From positions 160,001 through 224,000 of the forward strand of contig CAWGJT010000012.1 of NCBI GenBank assembly GCA_963822965.1: a stretch of 64,000 nt of DNA, written 5' to 3'. The position numbers and the translations under genes were made by a program. The stretch is from an uncultured delta proteobacterium (GTDB taxonomy: Bacteria > Myxococcota_A > UBA9160 > UBA4427). The notes beneath the pieces are model-generated. The model had not been told where the DNA came from, ran no database searches, and saw nothing but the letters and a program-made list of their open reading frames with translations. Of the stretch, positions 1-9,982 are shown piece by piece (within the stretch, counting starts at the first letter, position 1; each line of letters starts with the position of its first letter).

Positions 1-1
1 C

Positions 2-532
2 TACGGCATGTTCTTCGGCGGTGGCATGATCTACCGGGCCATCGAGCTGAACCATCGCCTCTTCAAGCAGGACGCCCGCAGCCAGGGCGTCGTCGGCGCG
101 ACCCTCGTGACCGCGGGCCTCATCACCCGGGCCTGCATGGGCCAGAGCGAGGGCATCCTCGAGCCCAACAAGGTGCAGGTGCTGCTGGACGGCGAGCCGC
201 TCCCCACGGGCGAGTACGTGATGATCATCTCCACGAGCCTGCACCGGCTGTTCGCCGGCATGCGTCCGTTCTGGGGCAACGGCCCGGGCGGTGTCCGCTT
301 CACTGCCGTGGCGAGCGGCGCCCGGCGGATCGGAATCGCGGTGCCGGGCATCTTGCGGGGCAAGCCGCGCAGCTGGGTGAACGACGAGACCGGCTACGTG
401 AGCCGCAACGTGAAGTGCGCCGAGATGCGTTTCGACTGCGGCTTCACGGTGGACGGGGAGCTCGTGCAGCCCGAGGCGGGATGCGTCGCGACCCTGACGG
501 CGGACGACCGCGTCCAGTTCGTGCGCGCGTAA
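2..532 (+). CDS. Diacylglycerol/ceramide kinase family protein, C-terminal part (5' truncated by window edge)
   Basis: Frame is open from the window start; C-terminal 'GFTVDGE' matches the DGE motif of DAG/sphingosine kinases. Confidence 0.6.
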   Translation, partial: YGMFFGGGMIYRAIELNHRLFKQDARSQGVVGATLVTAGLITRACMGQSEGILEPNKVQVLLDGEPLPTGEYVMIISTSLHRLFAGMRPFWGNGPGGVRFTAVASGARRIGIAVPGILRGKPRSWVNDETGYVSRNVKCAEMRFDCGFTVDGELVQPEAGCVATLTADDRVQFVRA

Positions 533-542
533 CCCCCGGCCC

Positions 543-1508
543 TTGCAGGCGGCGCCGCTCGTCCACCGCGTCGCGGGGGAGCTCGACCGCCCCGCTCCGG
601 CGGCGGCGCGACTCCTCTCGAACGCCATCCTCGAGCGCCACGGCGACAGCGTCGCCGCGGTGGTCTTCTACGGCTCGTGCCTCCGCAAGGAAACCCACGA
701 AGGGGTCCTGGACTTCTACGTCCTGGTGGACGACTACCGGGGGGCGTACGGGTCCTGGTACCTGCGCGCCGTCAACGCCCTGGTGCCCCCCAACGTCTTC
801 TTCCTGAGCGTGGATACGGACGTCGGCACGGTGCGCTGCAAGTACGCGGTGATCTCGCTGCGGGACTTCGAGCGCCGGGTGGGCCCCGAGGCGCTCGTGC
901 CCTACTTCTGGGCACGCTTCGCCCAGCCCGCGCTGCTCGTCCACGCCCGGGACCCGCAGGCGCGGGAAGCGGTGGCGCGCTGCTGCGCCCGCGCCGTGGT
1001 CACCCTCGTCCGTCGGCTGTCGGTATTCCTGCCCGCCCACGGCGCGACCCAGCGCTTCTCGCCCGCGGCGCTGTGGCAGGAGGCGTTCCGTCGCACGTAC
1101 GGGTCGGAGCTGCGGACCGAGTCGACGGAGACCGTCCGCGCCAACTACGAGGCGGATCCCGCCCGCTACGACGCCGTCGCGGGACTGGCCCTCGAGGAGC
1201 TCGCCGCCGACGGCTGGCTGGACGAGGTGAGCCGGCGGGGACCTTCCTTCGAGGTGCGGATGTCGCCGCGCCGCCGCCGCCTGGCCCGCTGGCGCTGGGC
1301 GCTGGAACGGCCGCTCTGCAAGGGGCTCGCCTTCGTGCGCCTGTTCAAGAACGCGACCACGTTCGGTGACTGGCTCCCTTACATCGTGTGGAAGCTCGAG
1401 CGGCACACCGGGAAGCCGCTGGAGCTGACCGAGCGCCAGCGACGCCACCCGTTCGTCTTCGGCTGGCCCGTCCTGGCCCGGCTTCTCTGGAATCGGGACA
1501 TCTTCTGA
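543..1508 (+). CDS. Tam41/Mmp37-like nucleotidyltransferase (putative lipid cytidylyltransferase)
   Basis: 'FYGS...VLDFYVLVDDY' resembles the GS...xDF nucleotidyltransferase signature of Tam41; TTG start 10 nt after the kinase gene. Confidence 0.55.
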   Translation: MQAAPLVHRVAGELDRPAPAAARLLSNAILERHGDSVAAVVFYGSCLRKETHEGVLDFYVLVDDYRGAYGSWYLRAVNALVPPNVFFLSVDTDVGTVRCKYAVISLRDFERRVGPEALVPYFWARFAQPALLVHARDPQAREAVARCCARAVVTLVRRLSVFLPAHGATQRFSPAALWQEAFRRTYGSELRTESTETVRANYEADPARYDAVAGLALEELAADGWLDEVSRRGPSFEVRMSPRRRRLARWRWALERPLCKGLAFVRLFKNATTFGDWLPYIVWKLERHTGKPLELTERQRRHPFVFGWPVLARLLWNRDIF

Positions 1509-1575
1509 GCGCCATGGGACGCATCCTGCAGGTCCCGGCCACCGCAAGCCTCCCGCCGGGCCTCGGATAGCCGTC

Positions 1576-3033
1576 GTGCCGCAGGCGCCGTCCGTATCGG
1601 CTCATCGCCAGCAACCGGGCCGCTTCGCGCCCGAAGCCACCCTCGCCTACGCGCTCCTGTGGCTAGCGGTGGTCTTCTACGGCTGGTCCCCGCTGATCGA
1701 CCACGACGCGACGGCCTGGCTCCGATACCCCGAGAGCTCCGCGGAGCGGATGACGGAGCGGGATCTCGAGCTCGCCGAAGCCATCGAGAACGAGCCCCCG
1801 CCCCTGCGTACGCTCCTCGGCGGCCTGTACGGCAGTCGCGAAGACGCCCTGTACAGCGCCATCGACGTCCACCGGGACGTGATCGACGCCCTCGGCGGGA
1901 GCACTGCCACGGCCCGGGCAAGTGTGCTGCGACTCGCCCTGCTCCTCTCCGAGGCGGGAGAGCCCGAGGAGGCCCGGGCGGCCCTCGAAGACGACGAGGA
2001 CCCGACGTTCCTCGCGATCTTCTCCGCCATCGAGGAGCAGCGGATCGATCCCGGCCGGGAGGACGACGACATCGACCGCTTCGCCATGGCCGGGCTCTCG
2101 GGCGCCTACCTGGACCTCGCGACCCGCGCGGTAGCGGTGGCCGCGGGAGACCCGGAGCGGGCCGCCGCGGCCACCGCACGCATCCGGGAGCGGGGCGAGC
2201 GCTACGCGCACCGATCCCTGTGGCTGCTGGCCTCCAACGCCCTGCTGGTCGTGCTGGGATCCGGAGTCGCGCTGCTGCGCGTCCGGCGGCTGCGCGACCT
2301 GCTGCTGGGTCCGGGCAGGACCCCGCCCTGGTCCCTCGAGGACGGCGTGGGCGTGTTCATCCGGGGCGACTTCTGGAACCGCCTGTACTTCGTGGCGGTG
2401 ATGTGGATCGGCGACCAGCCCTGGGGAGCGCGTCTGTCCGACGGTCCCGTAGGCGATCTGCTCCAGACCTGGGGCTCGCTGGCCGCCTCCCTGCCGCTGC
2501 TCTGGCTCGTCCACCACCACCTCCTCGCGCCCCGCCGGGCCAGCCCCGTGCGCGCCTTCGGTCTCGACCCGCGGTGGACCGGGGTGGGGGCGCTCTTGGC
2601 CGTCGGGCTCGGCGCCGTCGCGGTCGATCTGGCCGGGACCCAGGCCATCGCCTGGGCCACCTGGGGCCTCGGCGTGTCCTCGAGCTGGGCGGAGGGCTTC
2701 GACGAGGTGCTGGTGTGGGGCTCCTCCGCGCAGGTGCTCCTCACCAGCACCGACTACGTCCTGTGGGCGCCCGCCTCCGAGGAGCTCGCCTTCCGCGGGG
2801 TGCTGTACTTCTCGCTGCGCCACCGGCTGCCGCCCGTGGCGGCCGCGGCCATCACGGCGGGCCTGTTCGCCGCGCTCCACTTCTATTCCCTGCCGGGCTT
2901 CCTGATGACCCTGTGGAGCGGGTTCGTGTGGGCCCTGGCCTTCGAGGCCGCGCGCAGCCTGCTGCCCGGCGTCGCGGCGCACGCGGTCTACAACGCGCTC
3001 TACGTCGCCGGCATCGTGCTGCTGTACCGCTGA
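1576..3033 (+). CDS. CPBP (CAAX/Abi) intramembrane glutamic endopeptidase with extended N-terminal domain
   Basis: EELAFRG, FAALH and HAVYN motifs; multiple TM segments; start uncertain. Confidence 0.85.
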   Translation: MPQAPSVSAHRQQPGRFAPEATLAYALLWLAVVFYGWSPLIDHDATAWLRYPESSAERMTERDLELAEAIENEPPPLRTLLGGLYGSREDALYSAIDVHRDVIDALGGSTATARASVLRLALLLSEAGEPEEARAALEDDEDPTFLAIFSAIEEQRIDPGREDDDIDRFAMAGLSGAYLDLATRAVAVAAGDPERAAAATARIRERGERYAHRSLWLLASNALLVVLGSGVALLRVRRLRDLLLGPGRTPPWSLEDGVGVFIRGDFWNRLYFVAVMWIGDQPWGARLSDGPVGDLLQTWGSLAASLPLLWLVHHHLLAPRRASPVRAFGLDPRWTGVGALLAVGLGAVAVDLAGTQAIAWATWGLGVSSSWAEGFDEVLVWGSSAQVLLTSTDYVLWAPASEELAFRGVLYFSLRHRLPPVAAAAITAGLFAALHFYSLPGFLMTLWSGFVWALAFEAARSLLPGVAAHAVYNALYVAGIVLLYR

Positions 3034-3128
3034 GGGCGGCAGGACCCGGGAAATCGCCGGGGGAGACCCGGCGCGGCGACCTATACTCGCCGCCGGACGC
3101 GGCACGAAGCCGGGGAACGGAGGCCAGC

Positions 3129-3890
3129 ATGGACGTGGAAGGCAAGGCGGCGATCGTCACGGGCGCCAGCAGCGGGGTGGGTCGCGCGACGGCCCTGCGC
3201 CTCGCCGAGAAGGGGTGCTCGGTGCTGGTGAACTACAGCCGCAGCCGGGACGCCGCCGAGCAGGTCGCCAAGGAGGCCGAGTCGCACGGCGTGATGGCGA
3301 TCCCCTTCCGGGCGGACGTGTCGGCGGACGCCGACTGCGTCGCCATGGTCGCCGAGGCCACCGGCGCCTTCGGTCGCCTCGACATCCTGGTCAACAACGC
3401 CGGCACCACGCGCTTCATCAACCACCACGATCTCGCGGGCGTCAGCGACGAGGCGTGGGACGAGATCCTGTCGGTGAACCTCAAGGGTCCCTTCCAGTGC
3501 ACCCGTGCCGCGCGAGACGCCCTGGCCGCGTCGGGGAGCGCCGAGGTCGTCATGACCTCGAGCGTGGCCGGAATCGCCGGCACCGGCAGCTCGATTCCGT
3601 ACTGCACCTCGAAGGCGGGTCTCAACATCCTCACCGTGACCCTCGCCCGTGTGCTGGGCCCGGAGATCCGCGTGAACGCCGTGGCCCCGGGGTTCATCGA
3701 CGGCGACTGGCTCGCCCAGGGCCTCGGCAGCGCCTACGAGCCCATCAAGAAGGCGATGCAGGACAAGTCGCCCCTGGGCCGGGTGGCGACACCCGACGAC
3801 GTCGCCCAGGCGATCCTCTCGATCATCACCGGGTCGGACCTCGTCACCGGACACGTGCTGCCCGTCGAGGGCGGCATGCTGATCGGCTAG
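3129..3890 (+). CDS. Short-chain dehydrogenase/reductase (FabG-like)
   Basis: TGASSGVG, NNAG, YCTSK; ATG at 3129 after GGAGG. Confidence 0.9.
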   Translation: MDVEGKAAIVTGASSGVGRATALRLAEKGCSVLVNYSRSRDAAEQVAKEAESHGVMAIPFRADVSADADCVAMVAEATGAFGRLDILVNNAGTTRFINHHDLAGVSDEAWDEILSVNLKGPFQCTRAARDALAASGSAEVVMTSSVAGIAGTGSSIPYCTSKAGLNILTVTLARVLGPEIRVNAVAPGFIDGDWLAQGLGSAYEPIKKAMQDKSPLGRVATPDDVAQAILSIITGSDLVTGHVLPVEGGMLIG

Positions 3891-3900
3891 CGAGCACCGG

Positions 3901-4719
3901 ATGGCCGCCCCCCGCACCGTGCTCGTGACCGGCGCCTCCTCGGGCATCGGAGCGGCCACCTCCAGCGCCCTGGCCCGCCACGGCTGGCGCGTCTTCGGCA
4001 CCCACCGCCGGCCGCGCGCCGACGCCGACCCGAAGGTCGAGTGGCTCACCATGGACGTCTGCGACGACCGCTCCGTCGACGCCGGGGTGGCCTCGGTGCT
4101 CGAGGCCGCCGGGCGCATCGACGGGCTGGTGTGCTGCGCGGGCTTCGGCATCTTCGGCGCGGTCGAGGAGGTGGGGCTCGAGGACGCCCGCCGGCAGCTC
4201 GACACCAACTTCTTCGGCGTCCTGCGCGTGCTGCGGGCGGTGCTGCCCGGCATGCGCGAGGCCGGCGGCGCGGGCGCGGACCCGCGCGTGGTGCTCGTGG
4301 GGTCGCTGGCAGGTCGGGCGCCCATTCCCTTCCAGGCCCACTACTCGGCCAGCAAGGCCGCGGTCGACGCCCTGGCCCTCGCGCTGCGCAACGAGCTGCA
4401 CGCCTTCGGGGTGAAGGTGTCCCTCGTCGAGCCCGGAGACATCGACACCCCGTTCAACGAAGCGATGGATTGGGGATCCGCCGGCGCGGGATCCGCCTAC
4501 GCGGAGCCCCTCGCGCGCTGCGAGCGCGTGATCCGCGAGTCGCTTCCCAAGGCGCCGAAGCCCGAGGTCGTGGTCCGCGCCATCGAGAAGGCGCTCACGG
4601 CCCGCCGGCCGCGGGTGCGATACGCGGTCGGTGCCGACTCGAAGCTGGTGCCGCTGGGGCGCCGGCTCCTGCCCGACTTCGTGAGCCTGTCCCTGATCCG
4701 CAGCCACTTCGACCTCTGA
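3901..4719 (+). CDS. Short-chain dehydrogenase/reductase
   Basis: TGASSGIG and YSASK motifs. Confidence 0.9.
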   Translation: MAAPRTVLVTGASSGIGAATSSALARHGWRVFGTHRRPRADADPKVEWLTMDVCDDRSVDAGVASVLEAAGRIDGLVCCAGFGIFGAVEEVGLEDARRQLDTNFFGVLRVLRAVLPGMREAGGAGADPRVVLVGSLAGRAPIPFQAHYSASKAAVDALALALRNELHAFGVKVSLVEPGDIDTPFNEAMDWGSAGAGSAYAEPLARCERVIRESLPKAPKPEVVVRAIEKALTARRPRVRYAVGADSKLVPLGRRLLPDFVSLSLIRSHFDL

Positions 4720-4735
4720 AACGAGCGAGGAACCG

Positions 4736-5347
4736 ATGTCGATCCGCAGCTACCTCAAGCCCCGCGTGCAGGACCTCGTGATGCGGCAGATGAACCCGAT
4801 GCGGGCCGAGACCATCGAGGTCGCCGAAGGCGACGTCCTCGAGGTGGGCTTCGGCACCGCCCTGAACCTCGATCTCTACGGGGCGGGCGTGCGCTCGCTC
4901 ACCGGGGTCGATCCGATGGACGTGTCCGCGATGCCCAAGGTGGCCGAACGCATGGCCGCGGCGCCCTTCCGCGTCGAACACCGCACCCTCCGTGCGGACG
5001 GCGGCCTGCCCTTCGACGCCGGCCGCTTCGACTGCGTGGTGACGACCTGGACCCTGTGCTCGATCCCCGACGCCAACGCGGCCCTGGCCGAGATGCGGCG
5101 GGTCCTGAAGCCGGGGGGTCGCTACGTCTTCGTGGAGCACGGACGGGCGCCCAGCGCGAGCACCGCCCGCTGGCAGGACCGGGTGAACCCCGTATGGAGG
5201 CGGCTGAGCGACGGCTGCAACATCAACCGGCGCATCGATCACCTGGTGGAGAACGGCGGATTCGAGCTCACGAAGCTCCACCGTTTCCGTGCCCGAGGCC
5301 CCGGGCTGATGGCCCACATGTTCCGGGGCATCGCCACCCGCGTCTAG
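4736..5347 (+). CDS. Class I SAM-dependent methyltransferase
   Basis: VLEVGFGT, FDCVV, RVLKPGG motifs. Confidence 0.9.
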   Translation: MSIRSYLKPRVQDLVMRQMNPMRAETIEVAEGDVLEVGFGTALNLDLYGAGVRSLTGVDPMDVSAMPKVAERMAAAPFRVEHRTLRADGGLPFDAGRFDCVVTTWTLCSIPDANAALAEMRRVLKPGGRYVFVEHGRAPSASTARWQDRVNPVWRRLSDGCNINRRIDHLVENGGFELTKLHRFRARGPGLMAHMFRGIATRV

Positions 5348-5361
5348 CCTTGGTGCGGGGC

Positions 5362-5946
5362 TCAGGTCCGGAAGGCCTGGCTCAGCTCCGCCAGGCAGGT
5401 CTCCTCGGCGGCTGAGATGTGGGGCGAACGGTCGCGCGCGTCCCCGGCGGCCGCGGCGACGGCCCGGGCACGGCCCAGGATGTTGCGCTCCAGCCGCTTC
5501 ACCTCCGCCGTCGAGAGCTGATCGCACAGCGCACCCGTGAAGTCGTGCCACAGCTCGGCCAGGTCCGGCGCCTGGGCCTCCTCGATCCAGATCTCGAGCA
5601 GGCGGTAGCTGGTGGAGCCGGGCTCGATCCCCGCGGAGACCGCACCGGCCAGCACCGCGTGGCGTTCGGCCGCGTCCATCTCGCCGTCGCACCACGCGAC
5701 CTCGATCAGCGGAATCAGGGTCAGCGCGGAGAGGGTGTCCACCCGGATGCCGAGCCCGGCGAGCTCCGCGAGCAGCTGCGCGTCGCCGATGCCGGTGGCC
5801 GCCGCGAGCTGGTCGCGCGCCGCGATCTCCTCCGCGCGAAGCGCCAGGTGGTCGCGCTCGGCGGCCGCCGGGCCGTCGAAGAAGCGATTCGAGAGCTTCC
5901 TCTGCCGGGGGTCGAGGGTACTGCGCACGCCGTTTCCGTCGGGCAT
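5362..5946 (-). CDS. TerB-like helical protein
   Basis: 'LIEVAWCDGEMDAAER' and C-terminal 'ISAAEETCL' resemble TerB-like fold motifs. Confidence 0.55.
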   Translation of the reverse strand: MPDGNGVRSTLDPRQRKLSNRFFDGPAAAERDHLALRAEEIAARDQLAAATGIGDAQLLAELAGLGIRVDTLSALTLIPLIEVAWCDGEMDAAERHAVLAGAVSAGIEPGSTSYRLLEIWIEEAQAPDLAELWHDFTGALCDQLSTAEVKRLERNILGRARAVAAAAGDARDRSPHISAAEETCLAELSQAFRT

Positions 5947-5969
5947 CGGGGGCTCCTGGATGGACCGGG

Positions 5970-6392
5970 TCAGTCGCTCGCTTCGACGTGACCGAGCTTC
6001 CGAAGCTCGGAGCGGATCGTCTCCGCAGCCGCCGCGATGTCCTCGGGCTTCGCGTCGTGGTCCGCGTTGGCGAAGTCCAGGTCGTAGGGCGTCCAGATCG
6101 GAACCACGTGGATGTGCACGTGGGGCACCTCGAGCCCGAGGATCGTCATGCCCACCTTCACGGGCGAGAAGCCCCGCTGGATGGCGCCGCCCACCGCATG
6201 GGCCACCTCCGTCAGGTGCTGCATTCCTTCGGGCTCGAGGTCGATCCAGTGGTCCACCTCGACCCGCGGCACCACCAGGGTGTGGCCGGGCTTGAGCGGC
6301 GCGATCGAGAGGAACGCCACGGCTCGGTCGTCCTTCCAGACGAAGTGCCCGGGCAGCTCACCCGCGATGATCTTCGTGAAAACCGACGCCAC
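5970..6392 (-). CDS. HIT family nucleotide hydrolase
   Basis: SVFTKII, GHTLVVP and the HVHIH triad. Confidence 0.92.
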   Translation of the reverse strand: MASVFTKIIAGELPGHFVWKDDRAVAFLSIAPLKPGHTLVVPRVEVDHWIDLEPEGMQHLTEVAHAVGGAIQRGFSPVKVGMTILGLEVPHVHIHVVPIWTPYDLDFANADHDAKPEDIAAAAETIRSELRKLGHVEASD

Positions 6393-6604
6393 GGAAGCCT
6401 CCTCCTCGGGCCCTCTGTTCTAGCCCGCGCCGGGGGTCTTGACGAGCCCCGTCCGCCGGCCGTGCGCTGCCGCGGCGAGGCGTTTCCCCACGATCCGGGC
6501 TAGGCTCACGACCCCGAAAACCCTCACCCCGTCCCGGGCGCGGTACCCGAACCGAGCCACCACACGGCGGACTCGCAGCCGACGGACGGAATCGGAGAAC
6601 CATC

Positions 6605-7795
6605 ATGGGCAGGAAGACCTACGTCATCGGCGTCGGAATGACCAAGTTCGAGAAGCCGGGCTCCCGCGACTGGGACTACCCGGACATGGCCCGCGAAGCG
6701 GGCACCAAGGCCATCGAGGACGCCGGGATCCGCTTCGAGGACATCGAGCAGGCCGCGGTCGGCTACTGCTACGGCGACTCCACCTGCGGCGAGCGCGCCT
6801 TCTACGAGCTCGGCCACTCGGGCATCCCGATCTACAACGTCAACAACAACTGCTCGACGGGCTCGACGGCGCTGTTCATGGCGAAGCAGTTCGTCGAGGG
6901 CGACATCGCAGACTGCGTGATGGCCCTGGGCTTCGAGAAGATGGAGAAGGGCTCCCTGGGCATCAAGTACACCGACCGCACGGTGGCCCTCGACAAGCAC
7001 ATGCAGGTGATGGTGAACGAGCGGGGCGTGGCCCAGGCGCCCGTGGCGCCCCAGATGTTCGGCAACGCCGGCATCGAGCACATGGAGCGGTACGGCACCA
7101 CCGCGGAGCAGTTCGCGAAGATCGGCTGGAAGAACCACAAGCACTCGGTCAACAATCCCTACAGCCAGTTCCAGGACGAGTACAGCCTCGAGGACATCCT
7201 GAACGCGCCGACAGTGTTCGGTCCGCTCACGAAGCTGCAGTGCTGCCCCACCTCGGACGGATCCGGCGCCGCCATCGTGGCCAGCGAGAACTTCGTCAAG
7301 AAGCACGGCCTGCAGGCCAAGGCCGTCGAGATCCTCGGCATGGCGATGACGACCGACTTCCCCAGCTCGTACGAGAAGAGCATGATCAAGATGGTCGGCT
7401 CCGACATGACGAAGGCGGCCGCGCGCAAGGTCTACGAGCAGTCGGGATTCGGCCCCGAGAACGTGGACGTGGTCGAGCTGCACGACTGCTTCTCGTGCAA
7501 CGAGCTCATCACCTACGAGGGTCTGGGTCTCTGCCCGGAGGGCAAGGGCGGCGCGTTCGTCGACTCGGGCGCCCAGACCTACGGCGGACAGGTGGTCGTC
7601 AATCCGTCGGGCGGCCTCATCTCCAAGGGCCACCCCCTCGGCGCCACGGGCCTGGCCCAGTGCGCCGAGCTCAACTGGCAGCTGCGCGGAGAGGCGGACA
7701 AGCGTCAGGTGGAAGGCGCGAAGATCGCGCTGCAGCACAACCTCGGCCTCGGGGGCGCCGCCGTCGTGGCGATGTACCGCAAGGCGTTCGTCTGA
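6605..7795 (+). CDS. SCP2-type thiolase (lipid-transfer protein, SCP-x thiolase domain)
   Basis: [32 protein letters not shown]. Confidence 0.92.
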   Translation: MGRKTYVIGVGMTKFEKPGSRDWDYPDMAREAGTKAIEDAGIRFEDIEQAAVGYCYGDSTCGERAFYELGHSGIPIYNVNNNCSTGSTALFMAKQFVEGDIADCVMALGFEKMEKGSLGIKYTDRTVALDKHMQVMVNERGVAQAPVAPQMFGNAGIEHMERYGTTAEQFAKIGWKNHKHSVNNPYSQFQDEYSLEDILNAPTVFGPLTKLQCCPTSDGSGAAIVASENFVKKHGLQAKAVEILGMAMTTDFPSSYEKSMIKMVGSDMTKAAARKVYEQSGFGPENVDVVELHDCFSCNELITYEGLGLCPEGKGGAFVDSGAQTYGGQVVVNPSGGLISKGHPLGATGLAQCAELNWQLRGEADKRQVEGAKIALQHNLGLGGAAVVAMYRKAFV

Positions 7796-7825
7796 GCCGA
7801 GGCTTCCGCGGTGGCGAGCCGCGCG

Positions 7826-8134
7826 TCAGCTGGATCCGCCGAGGCGGGCGAAGACGGCGTCGGGCGCCTCGGCGCCGGACTCCTCCGGCAGGGACTGGAT
7901 GCTGCCCCGGATGGCGGTGCAAACGGACTCCGCGTCGCTCACCCCGCGGGTCGAGAGCTCTCCCGGCATCAGCTGGGTGAAGACGACGCCCATCTGCGCA
8001 GGCGTGACCGAGCGCGCCTCGAGCCCTGCCTGCTTGAGCGCCAGACGCACCGTCCCCCGCGCCTCCAGGCGATCGAGGGAGGTACGTCGCTCCAGCTCTT
8101 CGCAAGCGTGATGAAAGGCGTTGGATTCGCTCAT
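7826..8134 (-). CDS. Small helical hypothetical protein, translationally coupled to the 7TM gene
   Basis: 102-aa ORF with globular composition; ATGA overlap with the stop of 8131-8886. Confidence 0.7.
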   Translation of the reverse strand: MSESNAFHHACEELERRTSLDRLEARGTVRLALKQAGLEARSVTPAQMGVVFTQLMPGELSTRGVSDAESVCTAIRGSIQSLPEESGAEAPDAVFARLGGSS

Positions 8135-8886
8135 CGGGCAGCCACCACCGAAACGTCACCACGGCGTCGGACCAGGTCGAGGTACGCGTCGGGCGGAAAG
8201 AAGGCGAGGGTGAGGAAGACCGCCACGAGCAGCCCTCCGGCACACGTCACCAGCGGGATGAGGACCTCCCGGGCGAAGGAAGCCCCGGTGTAGAGGAGGA
8301 CGCCGTCGGTCACCACGATCGCGATCGTCGTCGTTCCCATCAGCCCCCAGAGCAGGATCCGGTTCGTGACGACGGGATCCGCCAGCCCGAGGGCAAGCCT
8401 GCGGCGCTGCAGGGTGTAGTGGTGCAGCGAGGCGAGGCTGGTCCAGCCGTAGCCGGAAGCGGCCATCACCAGGCTGACGCCGCCCCACACCATGGCGCTC
8501 CGAACCAGCTCTTCCGGCGTGCTCGCGAGGAGCTGCGAGATCGAGTAGCCCAGCACGTAGGCCAGCGCGAGCATGCCTCCCACCGCCACGCCCGCGCGCG
8601 CCCAGGCGCGGTCGGGATGGAAGACCCGTGCCGTGAACAGGAAGAGCATGAACTGCGAGCTGCCACAGAAGAGCGAAGACAGGGCGGCCAGGACGGGCTG
8701 CCAGCTCCCTGCCATGGGCGCCGCGGCGGACAGGGGATAGCCCACCCCACCGCCCAGCAGGAAGAAGAGACCGAGCGCGAGCTCGGGATAGCCCCCGGTG
8801 CGTCTGGCCAGGAGCAGAAGCTTCGCTCCCACGGCCACGGAAACACAGCAGAGGGACAAGAGTCCGGCAGCGACGAGTGTCTGCAT
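8131..8886 (-). CDS. Stand-alone 7TM membrane protein (paralog 1)
   Basis: Seven hydrophobic segments; motifs RRRLALGLADPVVTNRILLW and FFPPDAY shared with paralogs. Confidence 0.75.
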   Translation of the reverse strand: MQTLVAAGLLSLCCVSVAVGAKLLLLARRTGGYPELALGLFFLLGGGVGYPLSAAAPMAGSWQPVLAALSSLFCGSSQFMLFLFTARVFHPDRAWARAGVAVGGMLALAYVLGYSISQLLASTPEELVRSAMVWGGVSLVMAASGYGWTSLASLHHYTLQRRRLALGLADPVVTNRILLWGLMGTTTIAIVVTDGVLLYTGASFAREVLIPLVTCAGGLLVAVFLTLAFFPPDAYLDLVRRRGDVSVVAAR

Positions 8887-8976
8887 GCCCGGTACTTCGA
8901 CCGGACAGCGAGCCGGACTTGAGGCAATTCATCCCCGCCGGGGTCCCAGCCCCGCCGAGATGGCGACCTGGGCCGG

Positions 8977-9681
8977 TCAGGCCGCCGACACCCAGCGCGT
9001 GTAGCGAGCCGGTGGAAAGAAGGCGAGCCACATGGCGACTCCGCCCACGAGCCCGACGAGCGAGGTGGACCCCAGCACCCACGGATTCGTCACCCCGTGC
9101 GGGATCAGCAGCCGTCCCGCGAGAAACACCGCGAAGCCCGCGACGATCGACGTGTTGGACAGGGCCCAGAGGCGGAAGCGATCGGCGATGACCGGATCGC
9201 AGAGACCGATCCGCAGGCGCCGCTGCAGGGAGCGGGAGTAGCGCACGGATTCCAGGGTGGCCCAGACGAAGGAGCCGGCCCGCAAGGCGAATCCCAGGTA
9301 GTACCAGGCGCCGCCGTCCGGGGTGCCCGCCTCGTGGCTGCCGACGAGGCTCGCGCAGAAGCCCAGGCCGACGAGGCCACCCGACGACAGGAGCAGTCGG
9401 GGGCGCTCGGGATGGAAGGTGAAGCAGGTCGCCAGGACCATGCAGAGACAGGCCGCATCCTGGGCGGCGAGCGCGGGCAGCAGCAGCGACTCCGCCCCGT
9501 CCGCCGTGCCGCGGGCGACCACCGACAGCGGGTAGCCCAGCACGCCCAGCAGCAGGAACGAGGCGCCGAGGAAGAGCTCCGGAGCCTTCCCCGTACGGCG
9601 TGCCAATCCGGCGAGGCGCACGCCCACTACCGCACAAGCCACCACCTGGACGACGAAGCCCAGACCGAGGAGACGCTCCAT
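8977..9681 (-). CDS. Stand-alone 7TM membrane protein (paralog 2)
   Basis: Start reassigned to ATG 9681 (MERLLGLGF); RRLRIGLCDPVIADRFRLW and FFPPARY motifs. Confidence 0.75.
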   Translation of the reverse strand: MERLLGLGFVVQVVACAVVGVRLAGLARRTGKAPELFLGASFLLLGVLGYPLSVVARGTADGAESLLLPALAAQDAACLCMVLATCFTFHPERPRLLLSSGGLVGLGFCASLVGSHEAGTPDGGAWYYLGFALRAGSFVWATLESVRYSRSLQRRLRIGLCDPVIADRFRLWALSNTSIVAGFAVFLAGRLLIPHGVTNPWVLGSTSLVGLVGGVAMWLAFFPPARYTRWVSAA

Positions 9682-9930
9682 CCCCCGGTCATCGTCCGGA
9701 ATGCGTCCCCGCTTGATCGACCCTCCTCCGGCCGCGACGAGACGCCGGCGCGGCCACGCGAGGGCCGGAACGAAGGCGAAGAGAGACAAGGAGAGAGGAA
9801 GAGCCGGTTGCCCCGTACCCGTTGTACTCGGGCTCTCCGGGGCGGCCCGCTGGCGATTGCGCACTTCTACAATCCGCAGCGCTCCTCGAGGCCGTCGGCG
9901 CCAGACGCCCGCGGCACGAGCGCGCAGCTC

Positions 9931-9946
9931 TGGAACGCGGCTTGCA
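9931..9946 (+). promoter_or_regulatory. Sigma54-type -24/-12 promoter candidate upstream of sodB
   Basis: TGGAAC-GCGGC-TTGCA vs consensus TGGCAC-N5-TTGCW (one mismatch), 36 nt before the ATG. Confidence 0.55.
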
Positions 9947-9982
9947 TTCCCCGATGAGCACGATCATCGGAGGAACCACGCC

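Noticed and set aside
8131..9681. Microbial rhodopsins
   Set aside because: No Schiff-base Lys in TM7 and no retinal-pocket motifs
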